Assembly: GCF_006345805.1 (NCBI RefSeq)
Contig: NC_043000.1
Coordinates: 92,318,001 to 92,382,000, forward strand
Source of the DNA: Octopus sinensis
Taxonomy: Eukaryota
Length of the DNA stretch: 64,000 bases
Direction of reading: 5' to 3'
In this document: piece by piece, positions 13,196-25,957 of the stretch
How positions within the stretch are numbered: the first letter of the stretch is position 1
Layout of the letters: every line of letters begins with the position of its first letter
The notes under the pieces: generated by a model
The model's database searches: none
What the model saw: the letters and a program-made list of their open reading frames with translations, nothing else
Told to the model about the DNA's origin: nothing
Translations under genes and position numbers: made by a program

Positions 13196-14520
13196 CAAGA
13201 CAAGGTACCTGAAAAATCTTGAAGAACAAATAATCGCTGAATGGATCAAATCCAAAATATGGATATGAATGAATGCAGTCATCTTCTTAAGATTCACAAT
13301 AGTAAAGATAATGACAAAATAATTTGGTAGGTGAACACGGCCCTCAGATCTAAATGAAAAAGAAAATGAAATAAACATCACATCCTTGAACAAGGTACTC
13401 TGTGCTGTTACTACAGTTTGCACCAAACTGTGTGGTGTAAAACTGAAAAAGAGAGTGGCAAGTTCTCGTAAAAGACTGATGTGCCAAGAAAAGAATGAAG
13501 AAACAAATCATTGATCTCAATATATTTTCTTTTGTTCCTTCTCGAGCCATGCCTGGCTCAAAGGGCCAGTTTCCCAGTTTCCTTGGTGTATAGGTTCCCC
13601 ACCTGGTTGGGATGCTGGTTCGTTGCAGGTGAGCTGCAAGATACAGGAGGAAAGAGTGAGAGAAAGTTGTGGTGAAAGAGTCAGCAGAAGTTCGCCATTA
13701 CCTTCTGCCTGAACTGCGTGGAGCTAAGGTGTTTTGCTCATAAACACACACATCGCCCAGTCTGAGATTCGAACCCATGATCTCTCAACTGCGAGTCCAC
13801 TGCTCTAACCACTAGGTCATGCGCCTCCACCAATATGATATAGAAACATTGATAATCTTAAGCAACACTCATACTATAAAGCCATCTACGAAGAGATAGA
13901 TGATGTGGAAGTATGATTTGAAGTCAGACATCACTTTGCTGAAGCAATGGAAAAGTTAAAGCAAAAAGTGCAGGCCAAACCTGCAAGTATGCACCACTTT
14001 TGAAAATGATCCAGGTTCTCTGAAGATAGTAGCATGTTTGAGAATAATCCAGAGAGATTCTGAAGGCATATTGGAAACAATACCATCAAAGTAGTAGTTG
14101 CTTCAGAGCATGAAATACTTTAGTTCATGAGGAAAATTTGGGCAGATGAAAGGGAGCACAACTTTGATGTGCCATGGATTACTAGACAAAAAGAAGACAC
14201 TGAGGTTATAGAGGAGCAAATATGGGAAGTGACAAGTGTAGAAAATGTCAAACTAACATGAGAAAAATCCAGTAAATAGAAATCACCTGGTATGGATAAC
14301 ATCCCAAACTATCAGCTTGATGTATTTATAAACTCATACAAGAAACTACCTTGTTACCATACTGTTATGAAGGAACTGCAGAAAACCCCAGGATGGCTGG
14401 ACAATGATATCACTTTTTTGCTCCCCAAAAATGATGAAACAAAATACATTAAAAACTATACATCCCTAATTTGCCATACAACAATGTACAAAACCCTAAT
14501 ATCTCTGATGTCCTGAAATA
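13196..14520 (+). pseudogene. Degenerate Dong/R4-like N-terminal region and start of RT
   Basis: KSPGMDNIPNY...PGWL..DITFLLPK...KNYTSLICHTTMYKTL corresponds to RT domains 0-2 (K.PG.D; LLPK; NYRPITCL.T.YK). Many stops; interrupted by a SINE at 13524-13830. Confidence 0.7.
13524..13830 (-). mobile_element. tRNA-derived SINE resembling Octopus OR1
   Basis: The minus strand starts GTGGAGGCGCATGACCTAGTGGTTAGAGCAGTGGACTCGC...GGGTTCGAATCTC (A and B boxes); possible TSD CAATAT at 13518-13523 and 13831-13836. The family name is from recall. Confidence 0.8.
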
Positions 14521-15074
14521 TGAAAATTTTGTTTCAGATAGAAGATGAACCCACATCATCGCAAGGAATGCACAGAAAGACAGCTTTGTCTGCTTCCCTA
14601 CACCACTAGAACCAAACCCAGAGAGAGGTCCAGGAAGTAAGTTTGGAAATAAACTAACAAGTTAAAAGATGAATTAAAAATCAGTGTGTTGTGGAAGGTT
14701 ATATAGCAATGTAGATCGAATATTAAATGTCAATAATAACAATTACAGAAATATTGACATGTTACCTCAGAAACATTTAATTAGTCCTGATATTTCTAGT
14801 AAAATACCTTGTGGGTATGTATATATATATGTGTGTGTGTATATATATATATGTCTGTATGTATGCATACATACACACATATATTTTACAAAATATATGT
14901 CTGAACATAAATATGTGTTTGTCCATTTAATCAAGTGTGTATATTTTTAAAAAATCTGTATTTGCTTCTCTCTGTATATATGTATATGTGAATGTGTGTT
15001 ATGCGTTTATATATTAACCAATGCATTGATCTGTCTATATTGATCTACTTGGATATATGTGTGGCAAGTCAAGT

Positions 15075-15113
15075 ATTTGTGTGTGTGTGTTTTTGTTTAT
15101 GTGTGTGTGTATT

Positions 15114-15147
<34 letters not shown>

Positions 15148-15255
15148 TATATGTGTGTGTGTATTTGTGTTTGTTTATGTGTGTGTGTATTTCTGTGTGT
15201 ATTTGTGTGTGTTTATGTGTGTGTGTTTATGTGTGTGTGTGTGTGTATGTGTATG
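15075..15255. repeat. (GT)n-rich microsatellite
   Basis: Directly visible. Confidence 0.95.
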
Positions 15256-15498
15256 TACGAATTTATGTTTTTGAATGCGTAATGTTTCATATCTATTTTT
15301 TAAGTCTATTGATTTGTCTAATTGTGTATCCAAAAATTTGAGAGAGATGGAACATGTGTAAATTCATGCCAGTGTATCAGTTAATATGTATTAATGTATG
15401 CCTACTGATACATGTACATCTGTATGAATGAAATTTTGTATATCTGGTGTATGTTTGCTTATGTATGAATGTGAATATTTGAGTTCCTGCTCTTATAC

Positions 15499-15531
<33 letters not shown>

Positions 15532-15960
15532 CAGAGAGAGGGAGACAGACAGGCATGCATACCTACATACATAAAATATATGAGAGAAACAAAATGGAAT
15601 TCATGAGATTCTTTATTATCCACTACCATCATGTTGACCCATCATGCACTGGTGCCTCATGGGTGACATACCATACAAACAGTTGTCGTGCATGAGTTCC
15701 TCGTGTAGACGAGTAACACACTATAACTACCAAAATGTATCAAAATAGAAATAAGTGAAAATACTAATAATTGATACACTTGGCTTTGTGAGTAAATGTC
15801 TAAGTGACAATCTGGATAAGTTAGTGTTTCCAGAAAAAGAAATCAACCAACTAACTCGCACATTACACATACAATCCGTAAGTAGAACAGTATAATTATG
15901 CAAAACATTTCTCAAGTTCAAAATATGACATTGTTTTTTATTATCTACATTTCAGTGATA

Positions 15961-16178
15961 AAGGCGATAAGCTGGCCGAATTGTAAGCATGCTGGATGAA
16001 ATGCTTGGCAGTATTTCACCCCTTGCTATGTTCTGAGTTCAAATTCCGCTGAGGTCGACTTTGCCTTTCACCCTTTCAGGGTTGATTAAATAAGTACTAG
16101 TTATACACTGGGGTCGATGTAATCAACTTACCTCCTCCCTGAAAATTTCAGGCCCTGTGCCTATAATAGAAAGAATTA
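15961..16178 (+). mobile_element. SINE family B copy
   Basis: Same head, core and tail as the copies at 11871-12650. Confidence 0.85.
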
Positions 16179-16296
16179 TCTACATTGCAAAGATGGGGCT
16201 TTGTATCTTTGTTTGAAACACCAGATCCTTCCTCAAAGGAAGAATTTAAATAATTAAAAGCAGAAGAGAACATAATACATACATATTTACTTACAT

Positions 16297-16906
16297 AGGT
16301 GCAGGAATGGCTGTGTTGTAAGTAGTTTGCTTACCAACCATATGGTTGGTTCAGTCCCACTTCGTGGCACCTTTGGCAGGTGTCTTCTACTGTAGCTGAT
16401 CAAAGCCTTGTGAGTAGATTTGGTAGACAGAAACTGAAGGAATTCCATCGTATACAGTGAAAATTAAAAAAAAAACAAAAGACGAAGATGGGTGTGTAAA
16501 CAGCAAACAGGAGAAGTGAGAAAGTCTTTTACATTTCAAGCCTTCATTCTTCGACAGAAAGTAACACAGAAATAAGAGGAAGAGAAAATAAAAAAGGTTT
16601 AGTGGCTAGCGATCTATCATGGTGAATGCCGGACAGAGGGGTCACACAGGAGAGGGTGGAAGGGAGAAGGTGGGTAGGAGTGAAGAGAGTAAGTAGGTGT
16701 CAGAGCAAGAGAGGAGTGGTGGGTGGGAAGAAATGGATGTGAGAGGAAGAGAGGAGAGAGGACGAGGGTTAGATGAAGAGGGGAGGAGAGTTGAGCCCAT
16801 GTGGTGCAAAGGAGTGAAGAGAGAAGATTAATCCCTATTCACAGTGAAAAGGGGAGCCCAGATGGCCCCTGTGCCATCCAAACACAGACAGGTGTGGTAA
16901 AGAATG

Positions 16907-16937
<31 letters not shown>

Positions 16938-17210
16938 AACCCATGCTAACATGGAAAGCAGATGTTAAACGATGATGATGATGATGATGATGGTGATGTT
17001 TATGTTTGTGTGTCTGCGTTTGTCCCTTCCCCACCATTTGACAACTGATGTTGGTGTGTTTATGCCCCTGTAGCTTAGCAGTTTGGTAAAAAGGGGCTAA
17101 TAGAATAAGAACTAGACTTACAAAGAATGGGTCCTGGGATCGGTTTGGTCAACTAAAATTGGTGCTCCAGCATGGCCGCAGTCAAATGACTGAAACAAAT
17201 GAGAAAGAAT
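16297..17210 (+). mobile_element. SINE family A split at its internal microsatellite by nested insertions
   Basis: Head at 16297-16452 (GGTGCAGGAATGGCTGTGTTGTAAG...GGTTCAGTCCC); the tail resumes at about 16995-17210. Confidence 0.75.
16465..16906 (-). mobile_element. Penelope-like element 3' end (end of GIY-YIG endonuclease plus 3' UTR/pLTR)
   Basis: Minus strand 16769-16906 translates HSLPHLSVFGWHRGHLGSPFHCE*GLIFSLHSFAPHGLNSPPLFI*, matching the PLE endonuclease C-terminal E.xLIF.L...P.GLN motif. A decayed hammerhead-like CTGTCGA...GAAA lies downstream (~16530-16558). Confidence 0.72.
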
Positions 17211-17394
17211 ACATACATACAAGGAGGAAATGTTCTCTGTAGAACAAGCCCACTGTAGTTCAGGCTTCCATTGCTAGAAGCCTCTTGAGGTAGCTCTCAA
17301 GCTTCAGTCTGCCAACCAGCAGTGTCCTGTGAAGTTGTACCGTCATGCGGTGTGTCTTTGTTTTGCAGGGCTTCTCTCCTGTCCATCAATTTTT

Positions 17395-18430
17395 GTGAAG
17401 GCTGAAACAAAGAAAGAGCATGCTTCCATAATATTCTGTTTTCTGCTGGGGAAAATGGCAGTTGAAACAGTTGTCATGCTTCAAACAGCTATGAGCAAAA
17501 CACAAGTTTACAAGAGGTTTTCATGCTTTAGGAATGGTCACTTGTTGCTTCAAGACCAATCTCATTCTGGGTGACCATCAACCTCCTGAACAAATGAAAA
17601 TATGAAAATTCATGAACTGATCTTCGAGGACAGTCACCAAACAATTAATGAACTTGTTGATTTGATTGGTGTGTCAAGAAACTTTTGCCAACAAATTCTG
17701 AATGAGAAATTGGAATGAAATGAATTGCAGCAAAATTTGTACCTCACATGCTCACAGAAGATCAAAATCAATCATGACTGAATGTGTGTTGTGAACTGAA
17801 AGAATTTTTGGAAGTTGATCCAGACACTTTTTCAAAGGTCACCACTGGTGATGAAAACTGGTGCTGTGGCTACAACCTGGAAATGAAGCCGCAATCAAAT
17901 CCATGGAAGCATTCAATGTAAGTACTCCCCAAAAAAGCACATCAAGTGAAGGCCAATATCAAGACAATGCTGATTTATATCATTGATGTGAAAGAAATTT
18001 TCCACACAAAATTTGTTCCTCCTTATCAAACTCTTAACCAGACATTTTACTTGGCAGTTCTGATGCATTTGCCAGATGCAGTGGCATGAAAATGATGCCC
18101 TGACCTCTGAAAAAGTGGAGAGCAGTGGTTTCATTACAACAATACACCTACACACACTGCTTGAGTGTGAGACAGTTTGTGACCAAAAATGACATGAGTC
18201 CATTTACCCACACACCCTATTGACCTGGTCTTGCTCCCTCTGACTTTTTTTGTTCCTCTGAATGAAGGAAGTCCTTAAAGGAAAACAGATGTGGAAGAGG
18301 TGAAGAAAAAATACGTTAGAGGCATTCAGAGGTATTACTTTGCAAAAGTTCCAGGACTTCTTCAAACAATGGAAAATGCATCTGGACCAATGCATTGTTT
18401 CAATTGAAGAATAGTTTGAAGGTGATAAAA
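17395..18430 (+). pseudogene. Mariner transposase pseudogene
   Basis: Near full-length degenerate transposase: IIFCFLLGK.AVET..MLQTA (HTH), SG*PSTS, AAKFVPHMLTEDQ, VTTGDENWC.GY, FVPP.QT.NQ.FY, DLAP.DF-like motif, QWK.HLDQCI....FEGDK. Multiple stops and frameshifts. Confidence 0.88.
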
Positions 18431-18740
18431 GTGTAAACATGTACACCCTCGTTCATACATACCTCTCCAAAATATTAGCCAGGTATTGTCTTCAACTGTG
18501 ACACGATGTTCCATCGTAAATAAAGACAGCTCTGAGATAAATATAAACAACACCACTACTATGGTAGATTTTTCACACACACCAACACAGAATTTTAGAT
18601 TGTCATTAGGAAGGGCATCGAGCTGTAGAAAGTAGGTCAGACTATGGAAGTTGGTGCAGCCCCCTGATCTTGCCAGCTCCTGAGAAGCCCTCCAAGCTGT
18701 GCCAGCATGTGAAATGGATGCTAAATGATGATGGCATTCA

Positions 18741-18772
<32 letters not shown>

Positions 18773-18789
18773 CATATATACATACATTT

Positions 18790-18840
<51 letters not shown>

Positions 18841-18938
18841 CGAAAATAATTTTTTCTCTTATGAGGTTTTTCACGCTATCTACCTGATAATTTCTTGTTA
18901 AGATTCCTTATTAAGAAGTTATCCTTAATTGTTAAATG

Positions 18939-19029
<91 letters not shown>

Positions 19030-19740
19030 TATATATATGCAGCACGGAATTTTGCCAGTGAACAAGTGGCGACCTCAAAGCGATAAAAATATTTTGACAA
19101 ATTAAATTTATATGCTGAAGTGAATCTAACGGTTTTTGTGTGTTTCTTAAATGGCTTATAAACACCTTCCATGCAGCAATTGTTTTTGTTCCGGCACACG
19201 ATCTCAGGTCACTTGCTATGCAAGTACATCTCCGTAATATATATATATATATATATATATACATACACGCACACACACATATACATTTATGTATCTCCAT
19301 CCTCTTAATGTGTGCTCACACACATACATTTATGTATCTCCCTCCTCTCAATGTGTACATACATACACACGAATGCACATACACATACGGATGGACACAC
19401 ACACACACACACACACACACAAGTCTGTATGTGCGGCTTGGAATCTATCAGAATAGATGAAGAAAGTATAAACTAAGCACCATGGAAGCATATTTCATCA
19501 AGAAGACCTGACAGATAAGGAGAGTGAAGAATGTATGAACCTCTTCCTGTCTATATGCCTATCACTCTGTCTGTCTATGCGTATGCACGTGCATAAATGT
19601 GTGTGTGAGTGAGTGCGTACGTGCATCATCAGTCTGACATGAGTACAAATATGTGTATGTACATATACATTTATGTATGGAATGTATGTATGCATATTTA
19701 TGTATGATTATGTCTGTATGCATATGTATGTATGATTATG

Positions 19741-19784
<44 letters not shown>

Positions 19785-19998
19785 GTGTGTGTGTGTGTGT
19801 ACCATAATAAACTTCATCTTTATCTTCTCATAATTTCTTGTGTGAAGTCAATTCTTTTATACAGTTTATTAATTTATTTGTTCGCTACCTAGATTTATCT
19901 ATGGGTTTGGCCTCTACCCCATATATTTTTCTAACAAAAACTGAAGCGTATAATACTTATATCCCATCTCTTTCTGTCTTTCTGTCTCTTTCTCACTC

Positions 19999-20063
<65 letters not shown>

Positions 20064-21473
20064 TATGTATATGTGTGTGTATATATATACACATATACTG
20101 AAAGAATGCCCTCTGTACGTAAACAATGTATGTGTATATATATATATGTATGTATATATATATATGTATGTATATACATACATACATACATAAATACATA
20201 CATACATACATACAGTGAATGAATATTCTCTTGAATCAAACTGCAGGATAGAGACAGACTACTCTTCAGAGTCCATTGGAACAAATAATAAAAGACTGGT
20301 TGCTGATACAAATATGTCTGGCCTTGCTTTGCTTCATGGTTCAATGAATAGCACCAGGGAAGGGTATCCAGCCTTAAAATTTCTCCTTGGCTTTATCTTG
20401 AAAACTTGGAAAATCTTTTAAAAATATATCTGTCTTTTTTCTTCCTTTTTTGTTCTTTTTTTTGCAAGTTTTTTTTCCCCTTCCATTTATCTATCTTCTG
20501 GTTTCTTTTAGAAATAGGAAAATCAAATTGAAAAAAAAAAGAAGCCTGTTCTTTCAATCACAAATCTGACATTTTGAAATCTTGAATTTTAATTCTAATA
20601 AAGAAAGTGCTATTGTAAAATAGCTGAAATTATTTAGGCTGTAGCGAAGTGAGGGATAACTTGCTGAATGTAATTTGTCAAAGAAAAGTACTTGTAATAA
20701 TTGAAGAAATCCTTCGTTTTGATGATTAATTCTTATCAAGATAGACAAGGGAGACAACTCTGAAATCAATTGTTTTTTATCTTATACCTGTTTCACTCAA
20801 TGAACTGTGGATATGCTGGGGCACTGCCTTGAAGGGTTAAGTCAAACAAATTGACCCCATTCCTTATGCTTTCTCTTAAAGTCTGGTGCTCATTTTATTG
20901 GTTTCTTTTTTGCTGAACTACAAAGTAAATAGAAATGTAAACAAACCAACCATCATGCAGTGATAGGGTACAGACAAAATAACTTAGATACACACATACA
21001 CACATATATATGTATATATATATATGCATACACACACATAGATATAAGCACACACACCAACACATACATGTACACACACACAAGTATAGATGTGTTCAGT
21101 ACATGCCAAATTATTCCATTCAGATTTTGTGTCTTATTGTTAATCGCATTAAACTCACCACCTTTGTCTATTCACATGAGGTCCTGCAAACCCACATGTG
21201 GGCTATAACGTAAAATAAGAACACATCAATAGTGAGAGAACAAAGAACATGGGTTAACACATGATTCTCATTTATTTCATTGTCTATTTCATCATTTTTT
21301 TTCCAATACTTGGTAACACATGCTATCCTTATGAGGTGCATGTACGGATTGCATCTACTATGTGACATCATGTGTAGCAGAATACTGAAAGAGTTGTAAC
21401 AAATGAAATAAAGGCACACAAAGTTCAGGCTCTCTCTCTCATTCTCCCTCTCCCTCCCTCAGTATATATATAT

Positions 21474-21512
<39 letters not shown>

Positions 21513-21516
<4 letters not shown>

Positions 21517-21751
21517 TAAATTAGAGATAAAACCATTATTAGGCAAATCAAACAATGAAAAACTTAAGCCAATACATAAAATTAATTAATTTATATTATT
21601 TTAAATATATATCAAAAGTATTAAAAGTTTAATAAAAGATAATGAGTAAAACACTACGATCGTTTCATGGCTGTCCAATTCGTAATAATTCGAGCTATGG
21701 TTACAGTCAATCTTCAGGTAATTGAAATATTTATCTTAGCGCGGTTTAGCA

Positions 21752-21752
<1 letters not shown>
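21513..21752 (-). mobile_element. Penelope-like pseudo-LTR remnant containing a minimal hammerhead motif
   Basis: Minus strand 21655-21717: CTGAAGA-TTGACTGT-(long loop)-ACAGCCAT-GAAA-CGATCG-TA. Embedded in (TA)n. Confidence 0.65.
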
Positions 21753-21782
<30 letters not shown>

Positions 21783-21903
21783 TATATATACATATATAAA
21801 CACATATATATACATATATACATATATATATACATATATACATATATACGTATATATATATATATATATATATACATATATATATACATATATACATATA
21901 TAC

Positions 21904-21946
<43 letters not shown>

Positions 21947-21999
21947 ATATAATCCATGCTAGCATGGAAAGTGGACGTTAAATGATGATGATGATAATG

Positions 22000-22062
<63 letters not shown>

Positions 22063-22065
22063 ATA

Positions 22066-22709
22066 TACTAGCAGCTAAGCCTGGTTTCACCCGGTCAGTT
22101 TGGCTGATGTGCCTGTAAAACCTGCTCTGTGTAAGCATTTGACTTGTTTGGGCATGCTTAAAATTAAAAAACAATTTTAGAAAGACTCTTTTCTGTCAAA
22201 ATGCTAAAAATAACTGATCAAGAACAAAAAAAGAAAAACCAACCAACTAAATCAAAAATAAACCCAAATACTAAGCAAACAAAGATGAACCATCCCACTT
22301 CCATTGCACGCACACACATAAACACACAAACACACACACACGTACACACACATTCACATACACATATATTCACACAGAGTTGAAATGCTCACCCCTCCTT
22401 CCGTATTCATCTATCACCCCTTCCTTTCTCATTCATAAACACAAGAGTATTATTATAGTAGATTATCTCAGTAACCATGAGAGCTATGAAAAAAATACGA
22501 CATCACCTCTTCCTTCCTTATTCATCTATCACCCCTTCCTTTCTCATTCATAAACACAAGAGTATTATTATAGTAGATTATCTCAGTAACCATGGGAGCT
22601 ATGAAAAAAATTACAAAGCCCAGCATTCTATACATCTGTGTAATTTTTTGTGCAATTCCACCCAGCCATTTGACCACGAATCCCAAGACAAGAAAGGACA
22701 TGTATAGAT
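22066..22709. mobile_element. Helentron/HINE (DINE-1/Lep1-like) non-autonomous element
   Basis: Starts TACTAGCAGCTAAGCCTGGTTTCACCCGG (ACTAG terminus with a short sub-terminal hairpin), has an internal (CA)n, and has end-like motifs TATAGTAGAT / TATAGAT. Contains a 115-bp tandem duplication. Confidence 0.5.
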
Positions 22710-23096
22710 ATATATACATATAGTCAGTTCAGGATATAGTGCCCTCTTTAGGATTTATAAAATACAGAGATCAACTGGTGTTATCAATGATATATTGGGA
22801 GAATTCTCTCAATATATAGGGATAAACAGTCTAATATACAATTATTACTATATGAAAATGGAGAAAAAAATATTCTGGATACTTACTTTATTTGTATCAC
22901 AATATGAATAAAGCAAATAATTTAATACAAATAAAATTTAAATGAACATACATTAATGTAAGATAAAATAAAATATATTCACACTCAATATATCTATATT
23001 ATTGCAAGCTGCAAGTAGGGACGAGAGTTCCTTACTTTTCTAGCTCAGAGAATACCAGAGCAGGTGTTGGTTTGGCAAATATATACGAAAAAGTGT

Positions 23097-23402
23097 ATGA
23101 CCACGGGATTGCACCTAGAAAGTTCCCCTCCAAGGTGCAAGTCCGGGCAAGGTTGTTTAATGGAAGACCAGCAATTGCCCATGCATACCAGCCTCCCCTT
23201 TGATGTTATATGAGGTAAAGGCAAACTCCAATGCAGTCAAATACCTGTGATGTTGCAACTCATTTCTACAGCTGAGTGAACTGGAGTAATGTGAAATAAA
23301 GTGTGTTGCTCCAGAACACAACACACAGCCCAGTCCTGGAATCAAACTCACTACATCAAGATTATGAGCTCAGTGCTCTAACCACTGAATCATGCAGCTT
23401 CA
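23097..23402 (-). mobile_element. tRNA-derived SINE family D copy
   Basis: Reverse complement of 8984-9342 (GGAGGCTGGTATGCATGGGC..CTGCTGGTCTTCCAT). Confidence 0.85.
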
Positions 23403-23536
23403 AATGCACCTGGCAAATATAGGCTGATAGAATAAGTACAGGAGTACAGGGATAAAAATATTAATGACAAGTACTAAGGTCAATTGTTTCATCGAACTCC
23501 TTAAATGCTATGCTCCCGCATGGCCACTAGATATTT

Positions 23537-23912
23537 TCTTTTACTTGTTTCAGTCATTTAACTGTGCACATGCTAGAGCACTGCCTTTAGTCACACAAAT
23601 CAACCCCAGGATTATTCTTTGTAAGTCAAGTACTTATTTTATCAGTGTCTTTTGCCAAGCTGCTAAGTTACGGGGATGTAAACACACCAGCATTTGTTGT
23701 CAAGCAAAGGTGATGGTGGCAGGGACAAGCACAGACACACACACAAACACACACACACACACACAAATATAGTCTACCAAATCCACTCGCAAAGCTTTGG
23801 TCAGCCTGAGGCTATAGTAGAAGACATTTTCCCAAGGTACAATGCTGTGAGACTGAACCCAGAACCATGTGGTTGGGAAGCAAGCTTCTTACCACACAGC
23901 TGAACCTGTGCC
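23537..23912 (-). mobile_element. SINE family A copy
   Basis: Matches 43656-44070. Confidence 0.85.
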
Positions 23913-24040
23913 TATATATTCATATATATCTTTCTTTTATCTTTTACCTTTATCTAAAGGCAGTGCTCCAGCATGGCTGCAGTCCAATGACTGAAACAAG
24001 TAAAAGAACAAAAGAATAAAAGAATACACACACACATATA

Positions 24041-25328
24041 TTGGGTCATCCCATAAATAATGCAGTTTTTTAATACTTTATTTATTTTTCAAGATTAAGA
24101 TAAACTAAGTTTTTTTTTAATCTAAAATATACTCTCCTCCATTTTCTACAATGCTCCTACATCTATCTAGTAGACTTGCAAGGCTCTTCATCCAAAATTG
24201 ACTTGTCTGTGATGAAAAATACTCCTCCAGTACTGTTCTTACCTTGTCTACAGAAATCATATTTTTCCTGTCCAAATGATTTTGAAGACTGTGGAATAAA
24301 TGATTATCAGATGGAGCAATGTCTGGTGAATATTGTGGGTGAGGCATCGTTTTCCATTGAAACTGCTCCAGCCTTTGAAATGACATACTTGCTGTATGTA
24401 GCAGAGCATTATCCTGATGGAAGAAAACCTTTTTGTCTTGAAACCAAAGATGGTAATTTTTCTTGTAGCATTGGCTTAAGCTGTTCAAGCTGCTCACAGT
24501 AGATCTCCATTGTTATTGTTTGGTTTGGGTTTAAAAGTTCAAAATAGGCTAAACCTTTCATATCCCACCAAACAGATAACAACACCTCACGTGGGTGAAG
24601 ACCTTCTTTAGCTTGGAGTGCCAGTGTTTCTCCTTTTCCTACCCACTGTCCTTGATGCTTGACATTTTTATAGAGAGCTCATTTCTCATCACCAGTCACT
24701 ATTTGGTCCCAAAAAGGTTCATTTGTGAGATGTGACATCAAAGAAGAGTACACATTCACTCACTGCACGCGATTAGACTTGGAAAGTTTGTGAAGAACCC
24801 ATTGACCCAATTTGCTGACTTTTTCAACGGCATGCAAGTTTCAATGAATGGTTGAATGACCAAATACAAGCTTCTCTGCTAATTCCTCAACAGTTACGAT
24901 GGGATTTTTCTCCACCAGAGTTTGCAGAATGTCCTCATTGAGCTCTACAGATCTCCCAAGATGAGGGTCATCTTCTAGGCTGCACTTTCTGGCTCAGAAT
25001 TTCTGGAACTACTGTTCACATTGGCTTAAGCTTATTGTCTGATCCCCATATACTGCCTTAATATTCCTCATACTTTCTGTTGCATTGTTGCCTTTATTGA
25101 ACTCATAAAACAAAATATGCCAAATATGCCCCTTTGTCACTATCATCATAGCTTTGAAGAAAAAACTTCTAAAATCGAACTGCACTCTTCAAAACTTGCA
25201 CTAAGAATAAGTACAATGTAAAATTACTACCTGCTTTTATAACAAGTTGATGCGGATAGTTTATCCCATCCCCCTCTGACTTTTAGTTCATGCAATTGAA
25301 AAAGTACATTATTTACGGATTGGCTCAA
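24041..25328 (-). mobile_element. Full-length (1288 bp) mariner DD34D element with a defective transposase
   Basis: TIRs TTGGGTCATCCCATAAATAATGCAGTTTTT and (reverse complement) TTGAGCCAATCCGTAAATAATGTACTTTTT, flanked by TA. The transposase runs from ~25149 (MMIVTKGHIWHILFYEFNKGNNATE) to 24117 and includes FHQDNA..H and HPQYSPDIAPSD.HLF; disrupted. Confidence 0.93.
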
Positions 25329-25336
25329 TATATATA

Positions 25337-25554
25337 CAAGGGTGTGCTGAAAAGTTCCTGGCTTTGAGTAAAAGAAAATACCAGAGAATAAATTAATTAT
25401 GATTTTTATCAAACATATTCCTCCCTCAAATTCACACATTTATTGCAGCGGTACTTCAGTTTATCTAAGCCCTGTAAAAGAACTGGGAGGATTGGGCGTC
25501 CAACCAGGCATTTCATGATAACCGTAAAGCCAGGAACTTTACAGAACCACCTCA
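25337..25554 (-). mobile_element. Mariner-derived MITE (~220 bp)
   Basis: TIRs ...GTGCTGAAAAGTTCCTGGCTTT and AAAGCCAGGAACTTTACAGAACCAC; the interior keeps the transposase C-terminus GLDKLKYRCNKCVNLREEYV*. Confidence 0.85.
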
Positions 25555-25926
25555 TGTTATTGTCCTTTGAAAATGGAAGGTAATAGAAGGAAGACAAGTT
25601 TTGATCTCAAACTAGTGATGTATTTAAGAATTGGAATTTACTCTTGTCTTTTACCTCTTCTTGAAACATACCATACAATACGATGGGTTGGAAGAAAGAG
25701 AAGGAGAGAGTGAAGGGGAGAAGTGTCATAATTAGGGAGAAAGTGAGGAAAGAGAAAGAAGTGACAGTTAGAGAAAAAGTGAGAGAAAAGGAGTGGAAGA
25801 GAAAAAAATGAGTGAGAGCTGAGGTGAAAGAATGAGAGAAAGTAAAAGAGAGAAGAAGATAGGAGAGGACAAGAAAGAGAATGTGTGACAATAGGGGTGA
25901 AAATGAGAGGGAGAGATTGTGCGTGC

Positions 25927-25957
<31 letters not shown>

